A DNA stretch of 63,993 nucleotides, the filler included, from Dirinaria sp. TL-2023a (Eukaryota), in assembly GCA_051941275.1 (NCBI GenBank). It is 3 parts of 3 records of this genome, joined end to end, with 100 filler letters (N's around TTAATTAATTAA, not from the genome) between each part and the next. Parts side by side here need not be neighbours in the genome. Positions count along the whole stretch, not along the records: positions 1 to 21,384 come from JAVEBF010000259.1; 2 more parts are not named here. One strand, given 5' to 3'. Of this stretch, positions 1-12,302 are shown one piece after another (the first letter of the stretch is position 1; each line of letters starts with the position of its first letter). Both the position numbers and the translations under genes were made by a program. The notes beneath the pieces are model-generated. The model saw nothing but the letters and a program-made list of their open reading frames with translations, was not told the DNA's origin and searched no databases.

Positions 1-660
1 CAAGGGGGGGGGGAAGGGGGAATAAGGGAAAAATGTTCGACAAGGCCGAGTGGATGACACCAGTGGATGGATGACGCTCTTTCCATGGGCAATCATTGGT
101 GCACACTAGCTTCCCCTTAGCTTCCTTCCTGAATCCTGAAACATCGTTGATATGCAGGGGGTTGTTGTGTGTCGATCAATCTTGGCTCACTTCGCACTTG
201 GCGTTGCTCGCTTCTCGGCCAACTCGGCCGCTAAGCCCGACATGGTCCGATTAGCGAAACTGGTCATGGAAATCCAGAATCTCAGATTGAGCAAAGCGAC
301 GGGAGGCAGGGAGGTGTTGTAAGGGGGCGCCTCACAGTCACAGAACGAGAAGAAGAAGAAAAAAAAAAAAAAAAAAAAAAGAGAGATGCGACTAACAAAA
401 GAGACCGGGTTAGAGAAAAGGAAAGGATCACCTCGCTGTTGTGTTTGAAACCATTATTGCCTGTACACTGTACACTGTACACACACGTACATGCAGTCGA
501 CGTATGGGCCGGAAGCAGCGGCCAGCTCGAAGCCGATCATATCCGTGCCTTCAAAACCCCCCCGACCCAGTCTCGCGGAACATGACGATTGCAAGGTTCG
601 AATTCGGTGAACAAACGCTTGGAAATATGTATGAACATGTATCATGTAGTTCCCTTTCTC

Positions 661-3600
661 TCACCGCCGCTGGCCGCGCCGGCCCGCTTCTTGCACTTCT
701 TTGACCGATTCAAAGAGGACGTTGGTGATCTCACGTTCTTCCTCCGCTCGCAGAGTGACGTGCCGGATGCTGCCCAGCAGATTCCGGAACCCGTCCACAA
801 GCCGATGATAGTTCCACTTCCCGGGCGAGAGACCCGAGTCAATGTCCTGCTGCGCCTGCACTCTGCTCGGTGTGTCGGATCCGCCGGCGGCTGTTGTCGT
901 CCCGGCAGCGGTCACCGGACCATCTTCTCCCTCGTCTTGTGGGTGATGATCTTCACCACAAACCTTCCTGCTTTCCCGGATAAGCCGTACAGATCGTCGC
1001 CGCGATGACGGTGTGCTGGCCGATCCTTTGCCGTTGGTGTCCTTATCTCTCTGCAACGAGCCGAGTGCAGGTTCGAGACCAGACCGGCCTTCTGCTGTAG
1101 CATGGCTTGTTGCGGTTCTTGCAGCGCTCTCGGTCTTCGACAACCTTCCCTTCTTCTTGGTGCTCTGAGCGACCGTAAGATTCTCTCGAACGCCTGGTGG
1201 GCTCGATCTCTCCAACTTGACGCTCCTAGGAGGGACTTCAGGTGTAGCCTCTGCAGACCGTGTGTCTACAATGATGTAGTCTTCTTCCGCGCCCATGGGC
1301 GTCTGTTTGTCAATTATCACTTGACACTGTTGCATCGGTGGTTTACTTTTCGATCTTTTATTCGGCGTAGTAGAGCTGCTGGCTCTTCGTTTGCGTTTCT
1401 TATTGTCTGGAGTCTTTGGTGAGCCGGCGCCTATTAGCTCCGCTTGTGATGAAGCTCGCTCCATGTCGACGGCCAGCTGGGCGGCAATTTGTTCGTCGTC
1501 GTTGGAATACTGACTTGTCTGGCTTTGGAACGAATCCGTGACTCGGCTTACAGAGTCCTCGCGTTCAATTGCCAAGTCTGCTGACTCCGGCTTTTCACAG
1601 TCTCCCGATTGATATGCTCTGACATGGTATGGCTCGCATGTGAGTTGCGCTTCAGGGGAGCTTGGTACTACAGAAACTGGTTGGTTTGTGACTGCCTCGT
1701 GAACGGGACTCCTGTCTCCTGCAGGCTCAGCAGGTGCATCGACGAATATTTCAGGGTCGGAAAGCAGAAGCATATCAGTGTCTTCGGAAACATTTGCTGT
1801 CACGGCCGTCCTCTGCTCCTGGGTTTCGCGCCGAGTTTCTCCAGGTTCGGTGTTCTTGTGATCCTCAAAATTGTCACCACCCTCAAAAGACCTTGGCGAC
1901 AAATGGTCCCTTGGTAGAGACTTTTGTTGCAGAGCTTCGTTTTGGAGTCCCTGATTCTGCGGAGATAGGAAATCTTCGTCTAAGATTCGGTCATTACAGG
2001 CTGGGGCTTCAACTGCAGAAACGCCAGGAGGGGAGGAAGGCGGCTCATCCGAGAGATGAAGGTCAGCAATGGGTTTGTTGCTAGATCTCGGTGTAGGGGA
2101 GGAGCCTAGGAAGGCTTCCATGTCTCCATTAATGACCGGCGAGGTCGGGCTCACTTGATCTCCAGGTTCGATATTGTCTCCTCGCTTCACGTTCGCATCC
2201 AATACAAGCCGCGGAAGCTCAGGATGGGTCTTGAGTATATTCGCCTGGGGGCTGGATCCCAGTTCGGGAAACATGGCTGCTTCGAGGTTTTGTCTGGCCC
2301 TGGTGTCTTTCTGACGTTCAGTCAACATTTGCGACTCAATATCTTCAAACGCGATAGGAGAAGACTCAATAGCCGCGAAGTGGATTTGGGAGTCATCGTG
2401 TCGCAGCCGAGCTTTGGGCGGCGTTTTGGAATTCCCGACCCTCGCATTCCGCTGCGTGGGCCTTGACGATGATCTAACATGACGGTCACGTGAAGCGGTG
2501 GATGAGGCTTTCGAGATACGACCCTGCAACATTGTAGGCCGTGCTCGTTTTAACGGGGTTTGAACACGTGCTTCGCTCCTTTGGTCTTCGCGATCCTGCG
2601 ATTCAACGAAATCAAATGGCAAGGACGCATTCTGTAGGCCATTAGTCAAATGCTTGGCAATGTTGTCACTGCTGCCTACCTCTATATGGTGATCATCGTC
2701 CATGGCAGGCGTATGAACCTCGGCCACGCTCTTGAGCCGCACGAGAGCGATGCGTAGGGCATCGCAGTATTCGAGATATTCTGCATTGCCGTAGGTATTA
2801 TTCCAAAATTCTAAAGCATCGTTAACAATCGATCTGTGCCTGCTCATCAAGCCGGCGGTCATTAAGTGGTGGAACTGGAGAAGCGTGGCGTTGGTGTGAG
2901 GCAGGGACTGGATGATGTTAATACTAGTAGTCCATAGCGTTCGTATCTGCGAATAATGAGGATCAAAATTTCCAACAGTCATGTCCGAGCTTACCATTGA
3001 ATAAATTTCCCCCCTGTTAGATCCAAGACCAGCCAATAGGCCGTTCTGGTCTGCTACCCAAAAACCCAAACCATGCTGGATCACCTTCAAGATGTTGCTC
3101 CTCGGTAGTTCTAAAAAGGACGCCAACAGGGTTTCACATCCTCGCAAAAAATCGATGACTGTGTCTGCCTGTACATTTGAGAAGCACTGGTATGCCTGAC
3201 CAAGTTGCTGCTGCACCAGAGCGTAAAAATTCTCGTACGTGTCTTGAGCAGCGGACTTATGAGCAACTGCAGATGTTCCCCAAAGAAGCTGGCGCGCCTT
3301 GTCCAGTCCCTGCTGAGACTGTGACCACATGACATTATGAGCCACAGAAGCAGAGCATGTGAGGAGATGGTTGTTGAACTCTTTTGAGGCTCGCTGGTAT
3401 ATTGCTCCCGAAAGGGGCTCTGTGCACATGAGAATGACACCGCCATCTCCTATCTCTTGCCGTAAAGCTTTGCAGACCGTATTGTACAAGCGCTGCCAGG
3501 CCAATGTAGCGTCATGGGAGCAGTAGCGGACACCAATTTCAAGCACCTTGGAGACATCTCTGAACTCGCTGCCAGCATACTGGGGGCTATCAGACTGTCT

Positions 3601-5997
3601 ATCATTCTGGCGCGGCTTCTCTAAGGCCGATTCTGCGGCATTGGCAAGAAGGCACCATAAGGAGTCTTGTGCCCCTGAATGTGTAGCATCCTCAGCGAGA
3701 ACTAATGCTATCAATTTGCGCAACACCGTAAGCTGAGATCGCCTTGACGAAGAGTAACTTGTCGCTGCTTCAAGCAAATGCACCATGATAGGTCGGTAGT
3801 CTTCGACGTCATCGCCATGAACTCCTGAGACAAGAAGTCGAAGTAAGTGGGTGATTGGGGAGCTCAAAGTTCCTGATTTCTGCGCCGATCGACTTGACGG
3901 AGTCTCAGCAGCCTCAAAGCGGTCCTGTGAGCTTTGTAGTAAACGCTGCTCGTTGAAAGGTATCATTCCAATGTTTGCGATAGCTCCCTCTGAGAGGAAA
4001 CGGAATCGACGCACTGCCACACTCAATGCACTTGATGACGGCTGCGGCTGTTGCGCGTAGACTTCATCCCAAATCATCTTTATCATGTTAAGAATGTGGG
4101 CAATTGCAGTCATAGTCTCGATCGAGACCTTGATCTCTTGCTTACTAGCTTCGCCTAAAGCCTTGGTGAAATTTTGCCAGGCTTGAATCAGAGGTGAGCT
4201 CAGCCTGTTGTTGGGCTGCTCTGACACAAGGCGAATGAGTTTCCCAAAGACAGCCAAAACTTTGTCAGCTCTTGACCGAACCCACTTGGGTTCGATCGAA
4301 GGAAGCTCATCCGGTTTGACAAAGCCAGTAGTGTTCGCTCTGTTCTCATCCCATGGCTTGGGCTGGTCGCTATACAAAAGCGCCGCTAGTATTTCGCAGG
4401 CTCGATCAGTATCTCTCTTCGTAGTTCCAAAGCTCTCGGGAAGGATCGTATTCACGTAGTGATCCCAATAAAGATCAACCTGACTATGGGATGCAGCTGG
4501 TCGAAATGAGTAGTATAATAGGTTGCAATAGCTGGATTGGGCAATGTGCTTGGTTTGTTTCGAATTCTTGTCGCTACCTTTGCGGCTCAATTGGGACACC
4601 ACAGGTTGACGAAGCATTTTGATCATCTGTGGGCTAGTAGAGGAACTCAGGTTGATAGCAAAGACGAAGCGGTTCCAGGCTGCCAGAGCGTATTGCTTGA
4701 CATGTGGTTCGTTTGAGTTGAAGCATCTTTGAAGTATCATTAGCCATGGTTTTAGATGACGCCAGCGCTCTAGCTTGTGCTTGCGATTTCTCAGTAACAA
4801 GGTTACCACTCCCCAGATTTGAGGGACATGCATGCTGTCGTCGTTAGATTTTATCATGTCGTTAAGGCGAGTAGCTACGAATTCCACCACAGTCTGCCCT
4901 TCTGGAGATTTCCTACTGAATAGGTCAAAACACGCTTGTGATAAGGTTGTGGTGTAGCCCAGAGTTACGGCGGCATCAATTCCAAATGTGATTGCCAAGG
5001 CGCGAATATCTCTTGTTGTGCTCAACATGCCAGAGATTAGATGATCTATCCAGTGTTCGGCGCGGGCAGCCATTATGGACTTGGCTTGGGTCAGCAAACG
5101 CTGATAGATTCTGAGCCTCAAGCCAATGACACTGTTGCCCCTATGACGGTCAGTGAGTCCTTTCAGGGCGGTCATCAGGCGAGTCGCTCTTTCAGCTGTC
5201 ATGACCTTTTCATTGAATTGCTGCTTCGCAAGAACCTGCATGTAGTGCGTAGTGAGTATCTTAGGCAGGTCCACGGTCTCGAGACTAGTTATCGATCGCT
5301 CTAGTATTGAGCAGTGAAAGTCATCTGTTAAAGCAGCCGCGAGTCCGGGGGTGCAAAGGAGGAAAATAAGCAATTTCAGGGACTGAACTGTCAGCTGTGT
5401 ATCCTCTGCCACCTTTGCGTTAACCGTTGCGGCCATGTCTCGCCGTATGAATTCCACCAGACTCGGCATGCTATTCGACAATGCTTCGGCATCGGATAAA
5501 TCGCCATGAGCGCTGATCCAACTCAGTAGAGCCGAGTAAGCGTCCAGGCGCGAGCTTCGAGAAGTACTCTTAAGATGCAATATCGCAGACTCAAGCATCA
5601 TAGGCGTATTAATTGGGTCTAGGGAGGGTAGCTGGGCTATAGGGGATGACCGGCCGGTGTCTTTGAGTATAGATTTGGCCGATTTGCAGTCTCGAGAGGG
5701 AGGTAAATGCCGTACATCGTTCTCTCGACCAGTGTGTTTGCTCTCAAAGTCCAATGGATTGTGGTATTGCAAGAATGGCACGAATTCAACTCTTTTGGTC
5801 CCTTTTCCCGAAGATCCAGGGAAGTATTCTGCGGAGGACGATGGAGACTCATTCGGCGTATCGAGGAGGATGTGATGAGGAACTTTGGCAAAATAGCCGT
5901 TGGGACTCGATCCGTCTATAGGCTGCTGATTTCGTTCTTTGGGCGGCGTGGGAGGTCGTGTAGACAAGGAGGTCAGACGTTGGGATAATTCGACCAT
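661..5997 (-). CDS. RIF1: Telomere/replication-timing regulator Rif1
   Basis: N-terminal PP1-docking motifs KRVEF (RVxF) and KSILK, long helical Rif1_N-like region (WLMILQRCFNS, AWNRF), conserved RLRHDDSQIHF motif; two in-frame 48-nt GT-AG introns at 2632-2679 and 2947-2994 are read through in the ORF track. Confidence 0.92.
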   Translation of the reverse strand: MVELSQRLTSLSTRPPTPPKERNQQPIDGSSPNGYFAKVPHHILLDTPNESPSSSAEYFPGSSGKGTKRVEFVPFLQYHNPLDFESKHTGRENDVRHLPPSRDCKSAKSILKDTGRSSPIAQLPSLDPINTPMMLESAILHLKSTSRSSRLDAYSALLSWISAHGDLSDAEALSNSMPSLVEFIRRDMAATVNAKVAEDTQLTVQSLKLLIFLLCTPGLAAALTDDFHCSILERSITSLETVDLPKILTTHYMQVLAKQQFNEKVMTAERATRLMTALKGLTDRHRGNSVIGLRLRIYQRLLTQAKSIMAARAEHWIDHLISGMLSTTRDIRALAITFGIDAAVTLGYTTTLSQACFDLFSRKSPEGQTVVEFVATRLNDMIKSNDDSMHVPQIWGVVTLLLRNRKHKLERWRHLKPWLMILQRCFNSNEPHVKQYALAAWNRFVFAINLSSSTSPQMIKMLRQPVVSQLSRKGSDKNSKQTKHIAQSSYCNLLYYSFRPAASHSQVDLYWDHYVNTILPESFGTTKRDTDRACEILAALLYSDQPKPWDENRANTTGFVKPDELPSIEPKWVRSRADKVLAVFGKLIRLVSEQPNNRLSSPLIQAWQNFTKALGEASKQEIKVSIETMTAIAHILNMIKMIWDEVYAQQPQPSSSALSVAVRRFRFLSEGAIANIGMIPFNEQRLLQSSQDRFEAAETPSSRSAQKSGTLSSPITHLLRLLVSGVHGDDVEDYRPIMVHLLEAATSYSSSRRSQLTVLRKLIALVLAEDATHSGAQDSLWCLLANAAESALEKPRQNDRQSDSPQYAGSEFRDVSKVLEIGVRYCSHDATLAWQRLYNTVCKALRQEIGDGGVILMCTEPLSGAIYQRASKEFNNHLLTCSASVAHNVMWSQSQQGLDKARQLLWGTSAVAHKSAAQDTYENFYALVQQQLGQAYQCFSNVQADTVIDFLRGCETLLASFLELPRSNILKVIQHGLGFWVADQNGLLAGLGSNRGEIYSMVSSDMTVGNFDPHYSQIRTLWTTSINIIQSLPHTNATLLQFHHLMTAGLMSRHRSIVNDALEFWNNTYGNAEYLEYCDALRIALVRLKSVAEVHTPAMDDDHHIEVGSSDNIAKHLTNGLQNASLPFDFVESQDREDQRSEARVQTPLKRARPTMLQGRISKASSTASRDRHVRSSSRPTQRNARVGNSKTPPKARLRHDDSQIHFAAIESSPIAFEDIESQMLTERQKDTRARQNLEAAMFPELGSSPQANILKTHPELPRLVLDANVKRGDNIEPGDQVSPTSPVINGDMEAFLGSSPTPRSSNKPIADLHLSDEPPSSPPGVSAVEAPACNDRILDEDFLSPQNQGLQNEALQQKSLPRDHLSPRSFEGGDNFEDHKNTEPGETRRETQEQRTAVTANVSEDTDMLLLSDPEIFVDAPAEPAGDRSPVHEAVTNQPVSVVPSSPEAQLTCEPYHVRAYQSGDCEKPESADLAIEREDSVSRVTDSFQSQTSQYSNDDEQIAAQLAVDMERASSQAELIGAGSPKTPDNKKRKRRASSSTTPNKRSKSKPPMQQCQVIIDKQTPMGAEEDYIIVDTRSAEATPEVPPRSVKLERSSPPGVRENLTVAQSTKKKGRLSKTESAARTATSHATAEGRSGLEPALGSLQRDKDTNGKGSASTPSSRRRSVRLIRESRKVCGEDHHPQDEGEDGPVTAAGTTTAAGGSDTPSRVQAQQDIDSGLSPGKWNYHRLVDGFRNLLGSIRHVTLRAEEEREITNVLFESVKEVQEAGRRGQRR

Positions 5998-7075
5998 GAC
6001 TGAAAGAAGACTGCAGCAAGACTTGTAAAATAGCGATCCATCAGCTCAAAATTATTAATGACTCATGGATGAATGGTCGCCGCGAGTCAAGGACAGCAAG
6101 CAAACTGGCCTTGAACATGGAAGAATTAGGAGAAAAGCTCGAGGAGCCCCATAACGTAGAAACTACTGTAGAAGAAAGTGATGCATCATGTCTTGGCGTT
6201 TCTTGCAGGCGACGCGCAGAAAGTCGCGTTCTCGGCAGGCACTTTAAAGTTCAGGGAAGCGTGACAGTATAAGCGCGTGCACAGATCTTCGGAATACTTG
6301 GCATTGAACCACCGAGCGCTTACCCTAGTGTGTCCCTGTGCTGCTGAAGAAAGGTACAGTATGCATGCTTTGACAGTATGACATTACCGGGAGCTTAATT
6401 TCATCATTCAGGAGAAGCTACGGACTGGCAGAATGGGAAGGACAATGCTATTTTTGAACCAATCGCTGTCTCACGGAAAATCGGTAGGAACATTCGGGAC
6501 CTGAATCCACAAAAGTACCATCGCTTACCTGCAGCAGTCGACAGCGAACGAGGCGTGACCAGCACGGTCATAATATGACAGGTTCGTAGTACCTTCATAT
6601 GACGGAGGCAGCACAAAATGTTGCGTAGGATTCGGGCAATGCCAAGTGTCCCTGCAGGCTTTTGCACACGCTACGGAGTACTGTTCTGCCCTTGGCATCA
6701 CCCATACTCCGTACTAAGGTCCCTCGGGTGCATTAGCGTGGACGAAAAAGTTCAGATAGAGACCGTATGCTTCATCGCGAGGATTGTATCATGAGGGAAA
6801 TCGGATCAAGCTATTTAATCTTCAATATTTTTTCAGTGGACGTCTTCACGTGTATGCCTTAGGAAGGGATCTCCTCCTTGGCTAAGGTCGCACGCGCTTA
6901 GCGCCAGCCCGCTTGTTCAGGCCGACAGTCTCCGTGGGCTTCGCTCATTTGCTATTGTGGTGTTCAGCCTTCAACAATAATCAGAGGATTCAAATAAACC
7001 TCTTTTGTTTCCCATCAATTCGGGAATCCGCTGGTTTGCAAGAGATCCGGGTGTATCAATTTATGTTCCTCGAAC

Positions 7076-8804
7076 ATGACCGAAACCAAACTTAGCGGTC
7101 CCGGTAAGTGCTGACCGCAACTGTAATCTATTCAGAGGTCTCGCTGATATTGAGTTGAGCCAAGCGAGACGAGCTCACGAGACTGATGAATGTACTGGAT
7201 GCGGATTTCGATGAGAAAAATCTGTTTCCGCCACGTAAGGCCTTTGCAATCGGCTGCTAAGATTTCATGGAACTTATCCATTCGTAGAGAGGAATGAGTT
7301 GCTGCGTGGACTCAAAGTGCATACTCAGTCTGCTGAGTTTTCAGAGCCTCTATTCACAAAAGCTGTGAGCGCTAGATTTTCCCTATGCGGTAAAGGGGAA
7401 CTGATCACATATATCTTGACGACAGAGCGTAAGGACACTCTGCCGGCATAGCTACGACGGTAATTCTCTTACCACTTCACGAGAAGCGTTGAAATGCCTT
7501 GCCAATGTTCTGCTTCTGGAGAGCAAGACTCGTCAAATATTTGTCGATCTAGGCTACCCAGCGAAAGCCGCAGAACGATTAAAGGTACCTCCAACCAGAA
7601 TGGCCGGAAATGACCTTTTTTGGAGGCTGAGATTTTCCAGAATGACAATCGTGAAGACGAGCTGCTCAACTCCCGTATTCTGTTCCTGATGACTTATGAC
7701 ACCACACTTGATTTTACCGCTCTGTTTGACAACCAACAGTTGGCTGAAAGCGTCGTATCGGTAATTATATTTTTGTCAGCTGCATGATTGATACCTAATG
7801 AACGCTCAGAATATCACTCGGCACTCGAAGGTCTTCTCTAGATCGAGCCTCAAGCGTCCGGCTTCACCGAGTGACACTCCAGCTTTATCTGAGACCCTCA
7901 AGCTGCTCTTCAATCTGGCACAATTCTATCCAGCGCAAGCGCCTGCATTTGCCAAGTGCATACCTAACATCCTCAAAATCCTCTCGCGTATCCCTCTTGC
8001 TTCACCTCCAATTCAGCCACCAGTGACTTATCTGATCAACTCTCTACTCAATCTCGATCTTGAAACCGGCAACAAGCCCCTCTTTCCTTCTTCCGACCCA
8101 AAGTGCAACGCCAATCGCCTAATTTCGATCCTGGACGATGCTGTTCGTACTTACAAAGAAGAGGAGCTCGAAGGCCTCGCCATGCCCTTGCTTGCACTGC
8201 TACGGCGAGTTTATGAACTTGCTCCTCCGCTCGTGGCAGTACACATGCAGAATCTCCTCTTGCCATCCGATGAAGAACGTGCAAAGCCTCTGGGCAAGGC
8301 GGACACCTTAGCAGGCTGCTTACTCCGGCTTTCAACCTCTCCCGTAGCGCCCAATATTCGCGAGAGCATTTCCAGCATGATGTTCGAGCTCTCGGACAAA
8401 GATGCCGCAAGTTTTGTGCGAAATGTTGGGTACGGGTTCGCATCCGGCTTCCTGATGACACACAACCTCTCTGTGCCGGAGAACGCAACCGAGGGTTGGA
8501 GCACGAGTGGAGAAGATATAGGGGAGAAGATGACGAATGTGAACGGCCAGGAGGTGAATCCCGTGACTGGCCAGAGAAGGGATATGGAGCCTGTAGATCA
8601 AGGGCCAGAAATGACAGAGGAAGAGAAAGAAAGGGAAGCGGAAAGGCTGTTCGTGCTTTTCGAGAGGTAAGTCGACTCTGGTGCATATCTTCAGTAATTT
8701 GCTTACCATAGTCGCGACACAGATTGAAGGCGACGGGTGTTATGAACGTTGTCAACCCTGTCGAGAAGGCTGCTCGTGAGGGTCGGTTCGAGGAGCTGGA
8801 ATGA
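7076..8804 (+). CDS. RIC8: Ric8/synembryn G-alpha GEF and chaperone (multi-exon)
   Basis: EALKCLANVLLL, FVRNVGYGFASGFL, NPVTGQ, EMTEEEKEREAERLFVLFER|LKATGV motifs; ATG 7076, several GT-AG introns, stop TGA 8802-8804. Confidence 0.92.
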
Positions 8805-8880
8805 ACATGATGAGGAGATGCATGTTGACGTGCGTTAAGAGGCGTTGTCATTATTCCCCCAAGATCTCAATTCTCAATAA

Positions 8881-10611
8881 TCAGGCCTTCTGTGAGCTTT
8901 CCCCATGGACATAACCTCGGGCAATGCCATTCCTTCCCTCTTGAACGAGGGCGCCATTCGACTGCTCGCCTTCGTCATACGCAATTTCAAAGTCGCTACC
9001 TAGACCTTTCCAAGTCCTCTTCGTTCGTAAGAATTCCGCTCCGGGCGAGGTCTCGCCACCAATGACTGCCAGCTCCCCTTTCGCTCGTTTAATCAGGGCG
9101 TTGCCGACCCCAGCAGAGCCATTATGGGAAGTGGTCGCATCGGCCACCTTCAGCGAAGACTTCATTGGTCTTGAATGTGAGACATAGCGACCAGTCCGTA
9201 GATCATATTCTGGCGGTTCAGATTCTTCCTCTGAGCCATCGTCACCGTCTCGTGCATCTTCGGTCCACGTCGCATCTGCACCTCCTCCTGCGTCATGAAG
9301 CTTACTACTACTGTTCGATACTCCGCTGTTCTTCTCTGCCTCATCCAAGACTTCCTGGAAACTACTCCTCCATTCCCCCGTCCAAATCCTCTCATGATCC
9401 CTCTTCAGCGCCAGCTCCAACTCAAACGGGGTCAGCACCGGTTTCCAAAAGTCCTTGCTCTCGATCAAGGAGCTCTCCCAGCACCCCACCACTACCCATG
9501 CCCCGACTTCATCGAAGTTGGCGATTTTCGCGGCGTTGATCTTGCCGACGACGAACACGTAGCTCTTCTTGCCTGCGGCGTGGATCTGGGATTTCACGTG
9601 CGAGACGATGTGCATGTAGTTCTGGACGCTCAGGGTGTTGATGAGGATGCCGAAGATGGATGTTGTAGTCACAGAGGTTAGGAGGGCGTAACGCTTGCGC
9701 AGGGCGCGAGCTGTGGATGCCAGAACGGGTTTGGAATCCCCGCCGGCATCGGTAAATGGAGGGCAGATATAGATATTCCGAACACGCGAGGAAAGGGTGA
9801 GTAACAGCGCTTCGGGGGGGCTAGAAATGTGGAAGATATCCCATTCTTCGAGCTTTTCTGCCCGTAGGCTTTCAGGCAATGCCTGCACTTCGGCTGGCAA
9901 GCTTCGATTTGGTATTAGGGAGGAAGGATCATGCAAGACATCTGGAATGGATATCCTGTCGTAGCCTTGCTCTATTAAACCACTTTGAATATCTGCTAGA
10001 CAGTACTGGCACGATATGTCGCCTGTAATGATTACATTGCTACCTTTCTCGGGATACAGATCTACGAACGCCTGGATGATTGCGGGTACATCCAGAAGCT
10101 GCTTCGTGAACACGTAAATGACAGGCAGCCGTGCTGTGGGAGAAAGACATGAGCGTCCATAATGGACCACGATATCTGCGCCAATGTGCTCCGCTGCGAT
10201 CTCGTCGACGCAGCAAGCTCCGTAGGACGTATCACCTAGGATGTAAGGCCTTGCTTCGGCATCATCGCTGGATGCCAGACGCAGGCCTTCAAGATCAGCA
10301 GCAACATCGATTCTCACCTCCGATCCATGATCCGGAGTCGTTGCCGATGACGGCGCTTTTTTCAAGCCGCGACGCAATAACTCGGAAATCCTCGGCGCGT
10401 CCGGGAGCATTTCGTCTGGGAACTGCAGAGCTATCCTTTTGCATCTCGCTGCTCGGATCTCGGCTACGGTGCGCTCGATTTCGTATGTTATCGTTAATGA
10501 TTCGTCGGAGCGTCGCCGTCCAGGGTCTCGCACGTTGTGGAGAATTGAGTCTTCTTCGAAGATGTGAGTGGCCGGCGTGGATAGTACAGGAGCCACTGCA
10601 TCCCCTGCCAT
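8881..10611 (-). CDS. DPH2: Diphthamide biosynthesis protein 2
   Basis: RIALQFPDEMLPDA, YILGDTSYGACCVDEIAAEH, VVHYGRSCLSPT, GKINAAKIANF, C-terminal RTWKGLGSD...GRNGIARGY; first ATG at 10611. Confidence 0.93.
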   Translation of the reverse strand: MAGDAVAPVLSTPATHIFEEDSILHNVRDPGRRRSDESLTITYEIERTVAEIRAARCKRIALQFPDEMLPDAPRISELLRRGLKKAPSSATTPDHGSEVRIDVAADLEGLRLASSDDAEARPYILGDTSYGACCVDEIAAEHIGADIVVHYGRSCLSPTARLPVIYVFTKQLLDVPAIIQAFVDLYPEKGSNVIITGDISCQYCLADIQSGLIEQGYDRISIPDVLHDPSSLIPNRSLPAEVQALPESLRAEKLEEWDIFHISSPPEALLLTLSSRVRNIYICPPFTDAGGDSKPVLASTARALRKRYALLTSVTTTSIFGILINTLSVQNYMHIVSHVKSQIHAAGKKSYVFVVGKINAAKIANFDEVGAWVVVGCWESSLIESKDFWKPVLTPFELELALKRDHERIWTGEWRSSFQEVLDEAEKNSGVSNSSSKLHDAGGGADATWTEDARDGDDGSEEESEPPEYDLRTGRYVSHSRPMKSSLKVADATTSHNGSAGVGNALIKRAKGELAVIGGETSPGAEFLRTKRTWKGLGSDFEIAYDEGEQSNGALVQEGRNGIARGYVHGESSQKA

Positions 10612-12302
10612 TGCTTGCGAAGAACGAGAAAATGCTTTTGAATTTGGATCTGTGAGACCGTCCAAGGGCTTCTTGGGAATCTACAGGCGGATGAAGTAAG
10701 GGTAAGGTAATAAGGGACTAAGGTTAGCTCTACCTTAGTAGTTTCGTTCAAGGTAAGGTAGTGCCGAGCTTTTCGACTTCGAAAGGTCACGTGATATATG
10801 TAGCTTCCATCCTCCTATCCTCTTCTCCAGCCGGCTGTGGACATTATTCTGAATTATTCGCACAGTAAGCTCAGTCGAAAGCGCTAACTAAACCTGCCTT
10901 ATGTTCGAACCTCTTCTTCAGCTACCTTACTTCTATTTGCTAATATACTGTAAAATCTCGTTGCTAGTCGATGGTGAAATTTTTTGGAGTCTCATTAAAT
11001 TTTAATTTGATCAACGCTTGCAGCGCGACTAAATGTTGGGAATCATGTTGTCCACCGGGAGCAGTCTCCTTCTTCAAACCATGTGTTGATGACTACCGAA
11101 GGACTTCTTGAAACATTGCTAAATCTCGATTTAAGACATTCTGCCCCAAGCATGTAGATGATGGAAAAGAGCCGACTCGACTACGCGACGTCTCAGCTAT
11201 CAATTCTCTTTTGGGTGAATTGTTCTTTCTTACTGGCTTGCTCTGCTCGAACAGGCCTGACACCTTTCCACCTTACCTCTAACCTCTACCATACAGACAC
11301 TTCCTCGTTGCGGTTTCAATACTGCCCTGTTCCTGTTGATTCGAAGTCTAGGGTAAATGTGCATGTACTTCTTCCGTTAGACTCACATTTTCCTGTTCCA
11401 ATGCGTGGTTTCTCATCTTCACTGTCACGCTTTCTGAAGCTGCAGATTTCTTTTGAGCGAGTGCTCAACAGATCAAAACCCGAGTAATGACCTGACCCAT
11501 TGGGTTACTAGCTCAAGCTCATCCCTTTCCTACGGATGAATTCAGCAATCTTACGTTCAGTCAGTGCAACAGATCAGAGTCTTTTCAGAGTAAAGTAAAA
11601 ACAGTACGAAATGGAAACATTGCCGAATATCTGGGTCTTGGTTTACTCCCTCAACCTTTTATTCGGACAAGGGATTTTTTTCTTGACTACAAGAGAAGAT
11701 TAGCAGTCGAGAAAATTATCGTGCTCTCGGAGCTCATCAAGCATCCTACGAAAGCAACCTTTTGTTTCCACCATCGTAGGATATGGATTGTGGTAGAAGC
11801 CGGCCATACTTGCATTCTACACATCATAGATATGACGACTGTTTCAGGAGATACATTAGCATTGTAAAAATCATTGTGACTTCCATGTCTGCTGGATTTG
11901 CTGAGGTATAGTTAAGGTATGTGCACCAACATTGTTTGGCCAGTACCCAGTAGTGTGGTCGGGCTGCGGCAAAAGTAGTAAGGACTGTAAGATTAATACC
12001 AGTAGGTTGGATGACGAGTTGAGTGCAAAACCCTTATGTCATTTCGTTGCGAATGCATAATATGCACATATGGGGTTACACAAACGTTTTGCCACATCGC
12101 TGGGACCGGTGCATGGTGCAGGATACTTCAATCAAGCAGTGTAGATCTGCCTGTCCATAAGGTACCTTATGGTTCTCCCTTCGATGGTCTATTGTGGGGA
12201 AGACGCATCCTTTAAGGCAACATGTAGCTTTTCGCGAACACTCAGAATTGCTATGAATTGCTGTGACGAGTGTTGAATCGATACCTGGAGTCAAATTAGA
12301 CT

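Noticed and set aside
207..240. CGCTTCTCGGCC resembling the U2 snRNA 5' end
   Set aside because: Lacks the GATCAAGTGTAGTA branch-pairing region and Sm site.
347..380. GAA/poly-A tract and other simple repeats (GAT at ~40812, poly-T at ~40564)
   Set aside because: Ordinary microsatellites and homopolymers in UTR or intergenic DNA.
8048..8851. Long antisense ORFs over RIC8, AGC1, MEX67 and the RING gene
   Set aside because: Explained as shadows of codon bias on the coding strand.
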